64,000 nucleotides of DNA from Perkinsus chesapeaki ATCC PRA-425. Lineage: Eukaryota; Protista; Perkinsozoa. The number at the start of each line of letters is the position of its first letter. The stretch's first letter is position 1. Under the pieces are notes generated by a model. The model made no database searches, was not told where the DNA came from, and saw nothing but the letters and a program-made list of their open reading frames with translations. The stretch lies in contig JAAPAO010000127.1 in assembly GCA_013115145.1 (NCBI GenBank), positions 3,552 to 67,551 on the forward strand, written 5' to 3'. The position numbers and the translations under genes are program-made. Of this stretch, positions 32,226 through 45,800 are shown in pieces.

Positions 32226-34864
32226 TTGCCGCTAACCTCTCGCTCCACACAACAACTGTGGCTGAATGGCCTGGTATCTCATTTTCAACGGGATACTGCC
32301 AGACAATCGGGCCGTAGAGGTTCTGGCAACGGAATGGTGGTGTTGATACTTATCATGAGCATGGTGCTGTATCTGTGGAGAATGATACAAGATGTACGAT
32401 CTCGTTCCGATCAGCGAATTGACTTGTATAGGCCTAATTATAATGATCGTGTTCATGAGTCACGGACCCGCATGTATGATGATGCTACGAAGCGCTGTGA
32501 GGAAGCTCAACTTCCTCCAGGTGGACCATATTCTGGTCGAAAAGACCAGAGATCCATCCTTAGTTTTATTCAGGAAGTGGAGCGAGTCCCAGCCTGGGAC
32601 CTTGGTTATGGAGTTAGCCCTGCGTTCTTCCAAGGAGCGTATTTGGAACGCTGTCTGAATGCCAATATTCGAGAGATTGTTATTAATACTGTGGATAAGC
32701 AACTTAAGGATGAAGGTTATCGAGGGTATGAAAAGGCTATGCTACGTGCTTTTCGTATTCGTGAAGTGTTGATTGATCGGTTGATTCAAGACGTCTGTTG
32801 GTGGATCGCTGCCAGCGATTCGCTGGGAACACTTGTTCTGGGATGTGAAGAAAGAGTCGTTCGATCAATTCTATTTAAGATTTGACTATACCCGTATGGC
32901 TGTTGATGCACAACGTCGTCATCCCCTTACAATAGAAGATGTTGCTGATAGATTATTTTCAAGCTTTGCTGATGATATCTGTGAAGATATTTTACACCAA
33001 TATGGAAATTCCCCGACCCTAAATGATTTGATTGAATTTGGTAGACGTCATAGTGATGTTCTGCTTCGTAGGGCTTCTCGACGACAGCCCCGTAATGGCA
33101 CTGTGAATGCCGTGGACATTGACGATTATGATGACGAAGATGGTGATACTGTTATGCCTGTTGATATGGCTTCGAATACTGATCGACTATTCTTAACTAA
33201 TTTATCCTACACTGCTACTGAATCTGATCTGATAAATGCATTTCGAATCGAAATGCATCGAAATTTTCGATCCATTTTGAAGGTTGGTGGTGTGAAACCT
33301 ATATCTCTGAGGGTATGCGAACGAACAGTATCCAGGTTCCAAAAGATAAAAAAGAAATGTTAACTCTGGCCGCAGCATTATACCCGAACCTTGGAAATAG
33401 GGATAAAGACGTCCAATTGAAGATAGCCCGCGGTTGCATCGGTATAGCTTTCTATATGTACAACATTTCCACTACGCTAGATGATACACAGGAGATGCGT
33501 GGAAAGCCTCGTGTGTTCATTCTAGTCCAGGCTGATGAACTGCGTATCGGAACTATAGAACTGAATAGGTTGATAATCAAAGAGAAGGAGAGTGATTCAT
33601 TCTTAGATCCGGCGTTATTCGTTGAGATTGCACCCATTATAGCTATGTCAATAAACGCACCGTATTTGGGTGCTAAAAGAACTATAATAAAGCCGAGTGA
33701 TAAACGAGTACAAATAGAAAAGAGTCATCTGGCTGCGATGTGGAGGGTTTACAATTGCCAAAGAGATCTGATTCGATTCATCACATTCAGCTATGATGTA
33801 CTCGGTTCCCTAATCGAGAAATACGGATCGTTGATAGACCACACTATGGTGCTTTTTGGTGCTTTTGAATAATCGACGAGGAATTGCTGAACTTCCCATC
33901 CTGAGGAAATATAGAGAGATGAGGATGCAGTATGAGCCTCAGGAGAGGCCATTCGCCGCGTTGATCAACCGCGAAATTATTCCCACTGGCTCCTGGCACC
34001 GCGAGGCGCCGTTTTTGAGCCGTTTGATATGGTTTTTCAGCGCCCTCAGCAGTGACGATTTTGCGATGTTTGCGGGTGGTGAAAATGAAGAGGCAGACCT
34101 ATGCTAGGAGCAGATCAGCTCCTGTGCTCCCAGCCAGAGGGACCGCTTTTTCGGCTGTCGGACAGCCGAAAGGAGAAAAAGCGGTAATAACAGTGGCTTG
34201 TTGTAGCACTGATTGCATCATCTGACCATTCATAATCAGCATTTCTGCTCCGGACGCGTACCACGATCGGCAGGATAGCTGATTTAATGATTTGATGTGT
34301 TCCCTATGTTGTCAGCTTCGGCGAAAGCCCCCCGAGCGGGAGAAGGGATCAATTGATGTTGATCATGTTTCTAATGATGATGGTAGTACCCGTGCTCGGC
34401 TCACTTTACCGTGGCTGAGTGCTGAAAGACCCCGTTCCTCCACTTTAGGGCTGTCCCGCAAGGCAGCTATTGCTAGGGATCAAGCTACGTGTCGACGGTT
34501 GAAGAACATGGGTGGGTCGTGATATAGTGATATGTGTAAGGAGCTGGATAAGCTGGTGAAGTAAGGTGGTTCACGAAACATCGTCGTGGGACTCGAAAGA
34601 TGTCCCCATGATGTCATTCAGGGTATCCATTCTCTTTTTCGTACTGTCCCTCATCCACAACCACGTTTTGTAGATTTACGTAAAGGTTTAGCAGTTTTTC
34701 GTGATGCTGCTGGTAATGGTTGTATATGTGCTGACGTTCGTGGCATTAAGAATGGTCGCCGTCTTGTTGCTCGTCAGGCTACTTTGAATCCTAATTGGAC
34801 AATTCCCCGTTTGGAGCTGTGTTCGGAACACAGTGTTCCATACTACTTGGATACGGTCTTCTAA
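32226..34864 (+). mobile_element. Decayed BEL/Pao-like LTR retrotransposon (gag-like region + RNase H fragment)
   Basis: Frame-broken ORF chain; gag-like ESFDQFYLRF..VNAVD; LAVFRDA....WTIPRLEL matches the BEL/Pao RNase H signature; no RT core or paired LTRs seen. Confidence 0.62.
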
Positions 34865-35535
34865 AGAAGGTTTTGGACCAGAAGGATGCGCTTATAAGTT
34901 AGAATTACGAGATTGGTCCTATATGGCTTCTAAGCGACTCTCAGTAGAATGCGTCGGTTCTGCGCGCGCTAAAAACTTCGCGCGCCAAGATATCAATTGT
35001 TAGTCATGAAACGGTTGATAGTTTCAGTGTCACGTTTTTTATTCTTGTTATAGTACTCATGTTTAAAATTTCACTCTTTAACACTCAATATTGAGTGACA
35101 AATCGATAAGAAACGAAATATTCTATTTCATTGCGTGGTACATCACCTCCATTCGTGGCTAGCAATGACTGCAATGTAGGAGCAGCTCCCCACCACCTTA
35201 AGACTGCCCACCGCCAAATGGGAAACGTGGTTGCTGTAGTAGCCTTATTCAGCGGGATGCCTACGAGAGCGTCCCGAGCAATTTTGCAGCACTCCCGGAC
35301 CGTCTTTCGCTTTAGGGGCCCTAGCCGACACTCTGGAGTAACTCCAATATATGATGGCACGTACAGCCCTACTGAGAGCATCCCAACAATGATATGCTTC
35401 CGCGTTGGCGTCCGTGATGCCATATTGACCAACTCAACCCGTCAGCCCTTCCGCGAAGCAATGGTTTATAATTGTGACAGTATAAACTTAAAGCGTTGCT
35501 ATCATTCAGATGGGCAATGCGGTCATATGAACTTT

Positions 35536-37051
35536 TCAACGGCGGTAAAATATATACCTAATACGAGATTCCTCTTGACCTGCCACAACACCCCCTCCCC
35601 TACATTAACATGAACATCGCCACTACAAAGAGGGCTAAATATATCATCGATCTTCCGCTACCACTATCCATCATATTTTGAAGCTTGGACATGGTCCCCT
35701 TTAACATCTGAAAGAGAGACTACTTTCAGTCATTGAACAAACGAATCAATGTTAAGGTATACAAGTAAAGAAACGAGATGATTCCTTAAATGAGGATGCA
35801 TGAGGCATTTCATGGTCGCTTTTTGATGGCCCTACTGAGACCCCTGCCGTCCAACCACACTAACATCTCCTCTCTGGGGTATTTCACTAATGTCGATATC
35901 CACGACTGCGCCAAAGGAAGCTTGTCGCAATTCCGTATTCCAGTTCCTCCATTCCGGTCTTCGCTATTTCTAACCTCCACCCATCTGCTTTCCCCCAACT
36001 CTATTACATCTCCAGCCTTGTCAAATTGTCCTCCCATGCCACTAAGTATATTATTAGATTCTCTCGCCTCCCGACCGATACCATGCGCCACTTCCTTCAC
36101 AGCTCGCACTCGAGCATCTAACTCATCAAGATACTCATCGTTTTGCTGCTCTAGAACTTGAGCGCTTGCCCCGTTGCCACCCTGACCGCCGTGAATCTCG
36201 CACTTTTAATAAAACAAAATGGCTCACTCGAGGTTGCATTTCACGACTGCTGGAATAACGGTTCCCGAAAAGTGCGGCGCGCTGGTCAACTTCGAACCTA
36301 AAACCAGGATACCCTCGATAATGCGACCCTCACCATATCCAGCTCCATCCTAACGATCCTGACTTCAATGCTTCGATCAGGGTGTCTTCTAGACTTGAAG
36401 TATAGTGTTTGTCGGGAAAGAAAGGAGGTCAAACAGTGTGAAGATACAACCCGGCAAAAAGGAGACCGAAAGGAAACGTCAAATTCATTTCTTCTAGGTA
36501 GCCAAGCATCTCATATCTCCATCACTCGAGCGTTACAATGAGAAATAATCATCTGTGATGTTTATTATATTACCAAGTTGGTAATACGAACAACATGACA
36601 ACAGCTATTCTGTTTAATATTATTGGCGGGTGTCCGTAACCGGGGTGAAGTAGATACTTGGAAACCAGTATTACACGAATGCTATAATAACTGCATTGAT
36701 AATAGTAAAATCATTCTACACTAAGCTCATGTGTAGTTCGTATTATTCATAATATCTATTATAACATAGTCGTGATCTCCTACTGTTGCCTTCTTGAGTT
36801 GCCTATAATTCCTATCAGCCCATTGTGATTCGATCTACCTGTGATTTATACGCTCCCTAACATCATAGGATCTACTTTGCGGCGGCGGTGGCTCTTGAGG
36901 TTGATACTGCCGATTCGATGCCCCCAATCCATATCGGTCACCGTAATTTGATGACATTAAAACTCAAAATCACCAACTACTACCTCTTGTTCATCTGGTC
37001 CCGAACATTATATCCGTCCGACCGACCGCCATTACGCTGGTACCCAGACAT
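35536..37051 (-). CDS. BET1: BET1-like Qc-SNARE, multi-exon
   Basis: QRAALF..LEQQNDEYLDELDARVRAVKEVAHGIGREARESNNILSGMGGQFDKAGD|MLKGTMSKLQNMMDSGSGRSMIYLALFVVAMFMLM|YIFYRR*; 5' exons (candidate ATG 37051) uncertain. Confidence 0.8.
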
Positions 37052-37150
37052 TGACCTCAAAAATATCTTTCCGTTTCATATCTCTCCCACCAAACTCAAC
37101 ACTGACTCACTGCGAACCTTTAAGTGAATAGCTCGTAAGGTAAACGTAGC

Positions 37151-39787
37151 TTAGGTGATTGGGGAGCGACAGAATCGATTAGCAGCATCCGCCATGGGGG
37201 AACTAATCCCCGACTCGGCGACTTTACAAATATTACTAGTGGACAGTAACAACAATTTCAAGCTGCATACAAACATACACTTATCCTTCTTACATAGCCT
37301 CAGCATTTCTTGCGCGCCCCAAATTGCTAATAACTGCTCTTAACTTTCGCAGTGGTGACACTATTGGACTTTGATCTTTCAAAGATACTCCCACCAGAGC
37401 TATCTGACCGTTATTAGCCTCGGACATCCCGACCCATTCAACCGATGATTCAAAATCACCATTAACGTTCACTCGAGCCTCTAAGGCACCTAAGACATGT
37501 CAAATATCAAATATAATACACACACGTGATCGCCTCCGTCCCCCCCCCCGACAGAGGCGTCAAATCTACATATTGCATTACTAAGGCGGTCCTGTATGAG
37601 ATACTCGGGAGCTATCTGCATAAAGCCAACTGCTATATCCTATCACGCTGAGTTCAAGTCTATGATGAGAAAATCGCCTCCCACTTAAGCAGCACCGAAA
37701 CGTCCATAAAGATACTTCTGCTCCTCCCCAGAATCTTTAACAAAAATTCTTACCAGTGCGCAAGTCAATTCGCCCTGCAGCGAAATCAGGATGCTCTTTC
37801 GTAGACGTCTCTTGCCAAAGCACATACAACTTCTCGGCATTTGATTCCTTATGGGCAATTCCAATCACTGGTCCCGGAGCTCTTAGAACTCTCTCAACAA
37901 CCAGCGATGCCGATGAACCATTCAACCTGAACAACAGCACACCCCTCGCCTTCCATGAGCAAAATAGATATGTTGCCGATTCGGCAATCGCCAATAAATA
38001 ATTCCAACCACGAGCGACATAGTCATTTGCCCCGAACAATATAGAATGATTTTCCCCTATCATTTCAGTTCAAGTTTGTAGAGAGCTCCGAAGCCTGTAT
38101 GTTCAACAACCGCTTACCGGTTACACGGATTAATTAACGCGGAAATGTTCTTCCAGCGCAAAAATGGTTGTAAATGCGAGTATACGACAACAGTCAGCAG
38201 CCAACATGTTTCTAGAGCAAAATACCGTGTATACATTCTGGGATCATCTCGCTCTCCTTTGAACCCCCCCCCCCCCCTGAATCGCTACAGAATCCATAGC
38301 ACACAAAAGCTGTCCCCTTAGTGTACATAATTAAGCACGTTACTCTATTATATACAACACCGGTCATCTGGAGATGGAGAATCGATGGGCAGCCGTAACT
38401 TCTTCAAAAATGAGAGTTTTGAGGTATTTTTCCCCTAGACAGTCCCGATATATATCTACACGGTAGGATAGGACAGTGGTTCCTCAATTCAATACAATAT
38501 CAATATATACTGCCATCATGGCAAAATTATCCCAATCCTTACCTAACAATTTGCAGCCATCCTGGGTGCTCCTTAGTAGCAACAACAGCCTGCCCACTGC
38601 CCATCATCTCCGCCTTGGTTACCGCACTCCCGGTGTTCAAGTGCAGAACTGCCTCCTCATCATCAACACTGTTCATGCACTTCTTCAGACCACCATCAGA
38701 GAGCACCGCATATGTGGTATTGCTGGACCTGATTAATATCGGTTGCTTCTGGTTCAGTGGGAAAAGGTTAACCAATCTCGAATTCCAAAGTTGAGTCTCC
38801 AAAGGCTATTTTTGTCTACTTGTAATTTTATTTTTCCACGTGAACCTTAGAAGCTGTCAGCTTACGGCTTCGCTATTACCCCGCACTACAAGGAAAACGG
38901 TATCGCGTGAACCAAAAGCACTGTGGAGGCGAGAGATTCAACTGAGGGTGAATTCCCCACTCAAGCAACTCATGAGTGTGGCCATGTTGAGGCATAATAT
39001 TATAGTATTTGCTCTATTAACGAAAGCACGTTCCCCCGATACTGATTATTTCTTCTAAATTGAACATTGAAGCCATTGGCCTAGAAGTAAGCCACACTTC
39101 ACGTGAACCTTCCATATCCCCACTTACCCAGCAACAGTGACGTCCACTATACTCATTCCCTTGGGCACAACACAATCTATGTCCCCTCTCAACTCGGGCG
39201 AATATATGCCGCCCTAAGTGGCACGAAAACAATAGACGTGATGGTAAATAATAAAGCATAGAAAGTTATGTATGATGATGAATGATGGACGAAACCATAC
39301 CCCCGCCGGCGAAAGAAGGCCTCATCAGGAAAATTGGAGCGCCAAGGTGTGAAGCTCTACTCGAAACCCATGTTCTCTAAACTCATAACGTCGACTATTT
39401 TTCTGAGAGGAATGACTTCTAATTGATATCAAGATGAAGCGTCCCTCAGACGCCTAAACGTTCCTGAGGCCTTTTACGTTTATATCCACATTTATTGTCT
39501 AATCCGTCCAGGACTCGACTTAGATTTTACCACAGTTTTCGACGTCGACAGACTTTCATCTCGACATCTCTCGCTCCCCATACCAAGCGGCCCACCTCGT
39601 TGCTGGTGAATACCAGGCCGAGCTCAGGAACGTTGCTAACACCCGATGGTCTGAAGAATGCTGGCCAGACGTTGTTATCCGGAGATGGCTCCGCGCTCGG
39701 GAAAAAGGCCGCTGAGAGCCTTCTGGTGAACTCGCCGTTACCGAAGGGATTGGAATCAGGCCAACCTGAAGCACGAGGAGGTGCCAT
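37151..39787 (-). CDS. Hypothetical multi-exon protein, possibly beta-propeller
   Basis: Series of open minus-strand segments (37290-37472, 37737-38063, 38539-38802, 39017-39259, 39527-39787) bounded by GT/AG; no family recognised. Confidence 0.45.
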
Positions 39788-40135
39788 GAGACATTCAATA
39801 GAGCGATGGCTGAATGCTGTAGAGATTATTATGACACTCTGATTCAGGCTTTTTCAAATAAAGCGACTTCACCCGCAATGGGATGAACGCCTGCGAGCAA
39901 AACAGGTCACATTTCACACAGCTCCAAACACGTCGAAAACAGATGTTCTACCACCAACTCCGCAAACTAACTTTTCCAACACATTTCAATGAGTAGTTAA
40001 TGGATTTACACTTGCTAACATTTCCCATCCTACCCCTCCTGATACCAATTCCACAATTTTCTAAAAACATATCTATTCGCTGCTTGATGACAAAACGGTC
40101 ATTGTAATTATTGTGCGCGCAAGAAACCATGGATC

Positions 40136-42560
40136 TCATATTTCCTAGTAAATTCAAAGAACAACAATGTACAGGCTCTCTCAAGTAGATATCCAAATTC
40201 TTTCGAGTGCGCATCGCCGCCGCCCTCCACCTACCCCAGCGGTATCCAGTAAGAACTGCGATACCATAGGCCAGTCCGAACAACCAACAGAAGCCCACTG
40301 CGACACATGCCTGGTTGAAACTGTGCCACGGTAACGTCTGAGTTTTCAAAGATGCTTTGTATGTCTCAGGTGCTTCGCCTAGAAAATAAAAATGCCCCCA
40401 CCGAGGATCGAACCTGCGTCCTCCTTACCATCAATGAACTCAGGGCTCTGCAGCGACCTGGCAACCTTCTTTGCCTCTTCCTTCTGCTGCTTTTCTGCAT
40501 CCTTCATCCACTCTGAACGAAATTAGCAGTTTTCTATATATATCAAAATCCTTCCAAAAATGAGCGTTAAAACATGCGCTCAACTTCATATTTTTTCTTA
40601 CCCGAAGGTGTGCCGGATTGCATCCGAGATATCTTCCTTTCAGGCTCCCCCCTATCATCCGTAATCAATCCCTCCTCCTTGCTCTTCTCGAAAGATACGC
40701 TCTTGCTCACTGAAAAATCTTCGCAGTGCGCAACCGTAAAGATTCTCATCCCTTACATTCTGATTTCTTCTTATCATCCTGCTCGGCTTCCTCTACACTC
40801 GACTTCGCGTCCCACAAAAATGTCTGCAACGACTTAACTTGTTCCTCGAATCCTTGAAGTACCACCGCAACCGCCTAAAATAGCACCACCGAGATCAACT
40901 TCATAAGTTTCCAACTTGATTTCTAAACAAATTCCCTTTTCAACTTTTTATCATACTACATGTCACCACTTACACACATCTCAACATTCAACCACAATTC
41001 ACACACCAAAAAGGGAGCTGAGAAAAGTTAAGTATGATTTGCCTAGAGTAGTATACATCTCAATCGATTGTGAGGCAGATCTGGTCCCAAACCCCAAACG
41101 AACTTGAAACCTCTGTTATATTTTCAGCGAGTGTCCACAGAATATAAACTTTTTTATCATCCAATTTGGTCAAACTTCCTTCAATACTTTCTCTCTACCA
41201 AAAAATAGATCGATAATTTACAAAAATTTCGCAAAAAAATATTTCCTAAGATTTCACGCAGAAGTTCGGAGATGATGCGAAACGGCGCATTCTTACATCG
41301 GGACCATCTTCAACTCTAATCTGGTCAGCTGATAAATCCTTAGGGACACTATAGCTAATCTCACTAGTGTGGACATTAAGGAAATATGGACGCTTCTTGT
41401 TAGTGGCATCATCTGTGAACTCTAATCTTACCCAGTGACCTGACCGGAAGAAATAATACCACATTTCCGCAAACTTTGCAGGCGACTCCATTATCAAAAG
41501 ATGCGATGATGCGGATTTATGGTACACATGATCTCAATATTACTTGAATCAATATCATAATTATACAGTAATGGAATTAATAATACCACATTTCCGCCAA
41601 TTCAATATGTCGCTTCACTTGAAAATAATGCTATATATTATTAATATGTCATTACATATGGGGCATGATTGTAGCGGACGAGAGTACATCTTATAGCAAT
41701 AAGATAACTAACGTTTCATAAAGATAATCAAATAAGAATCCTATTTTATTAAATAATACCGCATTTCCGCCAATTCGTAATTACCTGGAGACTCGTCCCC
41801 ACCATCATTATCATGTCTATTCGGAGCACGAACGACATCGCTGGCCTAAGCAGGAAAATAATAAAGACAAAAGACGACTGCGTTACGACTACCCCATTCA
41901 CAAGCCTCTTGCGTTCGCCGACAAGCCTAGCGAGCTCCTTTCGATCGGCATTGAAAGCCTTGCGCAACCTAAGATACACGAACTCTGCGCCTCGACCTGT
42001 TGCCTATCTTGCACGGTCAACCTCAAGATTCTCTTACTGCTTGAGACGTTTCTCCTGCTCAGGAGTGAACGAGGACTTCGTCGACATTTCCCATTCGCCC
42101 AACAGCCTCTGCAATGAATCCTCAGTGTTCCTGAAAACGAAAATCTTCACAGCGCGCATCCTCGATATAAAAATATCCACAGCGCGCATCTTGAATTTAG
42201 AAATCCTCGCATTGTGCGTCTTCTTATACAGAAATCTTCACAGTGCGTAAAGATACTTCCCCTTCATTACCTGCAAGCCTTCTCCAATCTCTCACACGCA
42301 TCAACAGCATCAGAAGCATGTTCCGCAGCGCTTTTCTAACACCAGAACTCTCCACGTCAAAAGCGCGCGCCCATCTAATCGATTTCACCTGCGTGCTGAA
42401 ATGCGACGTGTCAATGCCGCTTCGTTTGAGTTCTTCTTTGGTCTTCCTAAACGTATGGGCCTGTCTGATGACCGGAGCCGCTGGCACTGCTTTAGCGACT
42501 GGGGTTTCTTCCTTGATATCCTTGCCTAAATCTTCGCCGTCAGCCTCTGAAAAAAATGGG
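40136..42560 (-). CDS. Hypothetical coiled-coil protein with C-terminal TM, multi-exon (may continue the 42863-46116 gene)
   Basis: TQ|KSAAEHASDAVDACERLEKACR|NTEDSLQRLLGEW..YLRLRKAFNADRKELARLVGERKRL..CVAVGFCWLFGLAYGIAVL; both ends uncertain. Confidence 0.55.
40379..40428 (-). other. 50-nt intron containing a tRNA 3' fragment (sense)
   Basis: GTAAG-gaggac-gcagg-TTCGATC-ctcgg-tgggggc-a-ttttt..CTAG. Confidence 0.8.
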
Positions 42561-42862
42561 AAAAATTCAAAGAGTTCGACGAATACGACTGGGGAATGAC
42601 AAGAGTTAGTCTCATATTTATAGTAACAAATGACAAACTTATATGACAAAAACTAACGAGATTTCTCTCGGTGGTAGCTTGAAATTTCTGGGAAATTGAG
42701 CAACAGTATTGAACTGCTCAACGTTGTGGCACAGTGAATGGGTTGCTCAAAAATCCACCACAGAATCATTTCCAGCACAGAGCAATCATTTATCCGTCTT
42801 CACTAACCGATCATTTTTTATAATTTAAGCAAGCCATTATCATGAATTATCAGGTCAATGTG

Positions 42863-45800
42863 TCACTGGAAATGTACTGGAGAATGCCTCCAATGCGAGA
42901 CTTCGCAGCAATCGCTCAACATATTTTTCCCCAGCCTACCTTGAACCTTCTCATCAAGTCCCAAGATATCAATACTCGTCACTGCAGTGTACCTTGTCGG
43001 CACTCCACCGTCCATTTCAATGCCCATATACGCCAGGAAACCAATCCAGAAGAACATAATCAAACAGATAAATACAAACAGCCACTCAGCGACGTGGGTG
43101 GTTTGTTGGAACATCTGTACAGTGGCACCGATTCCAGCCATGATCTGCGGAAGTGCGCCCAAGAACATCATAAGTATCCATTCGTAAGTGTTAGTATAGA
43201 GATTCATGTGCATGTGCACCAAAGAGAAGGCGTCGAGGATGAGCACGAATGACCTGATAAGAGAACCATCTCGGAGATATGCTGGGTCACATCGGCGAGC
43301 GCTCTGATAGAGACCATGAAGCCTTGCTGGAATAAATCCCTGGATTCCAATGATAATGAATCGAAATGATTAAACGTACTCCAATGCAATATACGAACAT
43401 TTTCATAGATAAGAAAGATGCAAGAAGCTTCCCTTTGGAAAGTCTGTGCGCTCAAGGTTCGATGTTCCAAGATGACTCTTAAAAGATGGGGATACACCCC
43501 TGGTGAAAGATACTCCCAAAACTCACCATGCACCCCAAAGATGGGAATTGACCATGAAGTAGGCCAACCCCATATATGTGATGGCATCAAGCAGTTGATT
43601 AGTGCCAATAACCTACATAGAGAACAACACTTATATCAATGCGGCGCCCGAGGAGAACTACTGTACGAAAATCTATTATATAGTATAGTTTTAGAAAATG
43701 ATACATGATATAGTTAAATTTCATATCATATATAGAGTTTTGTCATGAAAATTATACCAATCGATTCCCCTTGTCTTATAGCCATATCCCTAAAGGTTCC
43801 AGCCAATTTTGATCACTCTAACGCGAAATATTTAATTTTAATCAACTTGCTCAACAAACGCGAGCGCACTGTACTATATGAAATTGCGATGTTTTCTGTA
43901 TCTATCAACTGTAGCTCAAGGTCCTTCAGTGAAGGACATTCTTAGCACAACCGACAAGCCTGAAGGCGCCCTTTCAGACCACATCTTAGTAATAATCATT
44001 ATAGTACTACTTCCATGAAGATAATATAAAGTGGGCGAAACTCGGCAATGTCTTTGCCCCCCCACATGAAATGATTAATAAAAAAGGGAAATTCCCTTCA
44101 GTGAAAATGAAGAGTTTTTCCTATCGGACTTTGTCTAAAGAAATGAAAATGAAGCTTCTCTGATTCTTACCAACTTTCCCCCAACTCTTGGTCTCCTCCC
44201 CCCCCTACCATGCAGACTCTGGTGTAGGCATCGAATCCTTGCCAATGCTGCTGTAGTTGATAGAAAAGATAGAAATGTTCCAAGAATAGATTGTAGTCAC
44301 CAACCAGCTCATCCCGAACATAGGCATTGCTCATATCGATTTCTTTCTGAATAAAAACAGATGGAGCAAGAATTGCCACCATTGAATTTCTTAGTCCATA
44401 AAAATGCCCCGCCCCCCCCGTGCCCCCGTTATTACCTCCTTCAACGCATCTTCCAATCGGCCATCTCCCTGTCTACGGACTTCACGACCGACTTCTTTGA
44501 ATCCGGGCACACGACTAAATACAAAATTGAATTTAATCTACTCGAACCACGAATCCTCTAAAAGAATCCAACTAATCCAACTACAGCACCAAACCCAATA
44601 AAAAACGGCCGAGTGTGATCGAAGCCAATGGTAAGTGTTATTGTTGTTGATGACATGATTATTGATGCTGGTTTATATGATCCCAAACAATAAAGCGACC
44701 AGCGACACATGACAGTCCTCATATTAATACTTCTATAAATAGTAATGGTTACAGAGTACGAACATGTTAAAATTATAACTACCAGAAAATAATAACTCCA
44801 AGGCATTTCCCAATAAGACCATAGGCAATCCTATCAGGACAAGAAAGCGAATGAAATGCATATGGGCTCCTCTAGCAGCAGCATTTTCTTGTTCATCTGC
44901 GGCAGCAGCAGCGCTGCTCCTTTGGTCAGGCAGATAGGCGTGCCAATGAACGGTGAGGGTTGAGCACGAGCAGGAGCAGCTTAAACCACGTAGTGGATGA
45001 ACTCTCTTATTTAGAACGCATCTGTCCTAACGAATCTCTATCGATCTAAGGTGTGATCGAGCAAGCACTACCCCCATTCTAGTGAGCCTATGCCCTTAAC
45101 TACCACCTGACCCTTCCCCAAGCACTACCCCACAATAGGTATCCTGAGCATGTCCACAACTCCTCCTCGTTCGTATTCAACCGCACCAATACCAGTGGTG
45201 GCATTAATATTTTCCCGGCCAGGAACAGGAAGACGTAACCACTGAGTGAGCAATCGGACCTAGGACGACCGCACTATAAAGAATTTAAGATACTTTTTAT
45301 ATTACAGCAAACGTCTGAGCTGTGATCGAGGCGTGGATGGCAAAGAAGATCGAAAGCATAAGGAACAGTACTGCAGTTCCCAAAGACAAAAGATACAACC
45401 ATACGAGCCAACCGGGAGTACCTAGTAAAAACCATTAAATCAGACCGCTGGACTATACATTTCTAATAGTAATAAAAACCAGTACAGATAGAAAGCAGCG
45501 ATACCGCTTTCCTGTCAAACAACATTACCACAGCTAGTATATAAATAAGACTGCGGTATGAGATAACCCTGATGAAGTATGTCGAGTGGATCATATACCA
45601 GTGAATTGCATGTGGTCCTCAACACTCACAAAAACTGATCATCTGTGGGACACTCAGCAAAATAGACAACCAAGTTATAACTTGATATTTGTATTAATTT
45701 TCAACCTTATATACTCTCTACCGTAGTCCAGTAGAGTGAACTAATGCCCTCTCATCATTAACACCGTTATTATTATTACCTTGGGGCACTCGACCTTCAT

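Noticed and set aside
4035-40428. Full-length tRNA genes at the B-box-like sites
   Set aside because: None has a D-arm/A-box or a complementary 5' acceptor strand ~70-85 nt upstream; only 3' fragments are present
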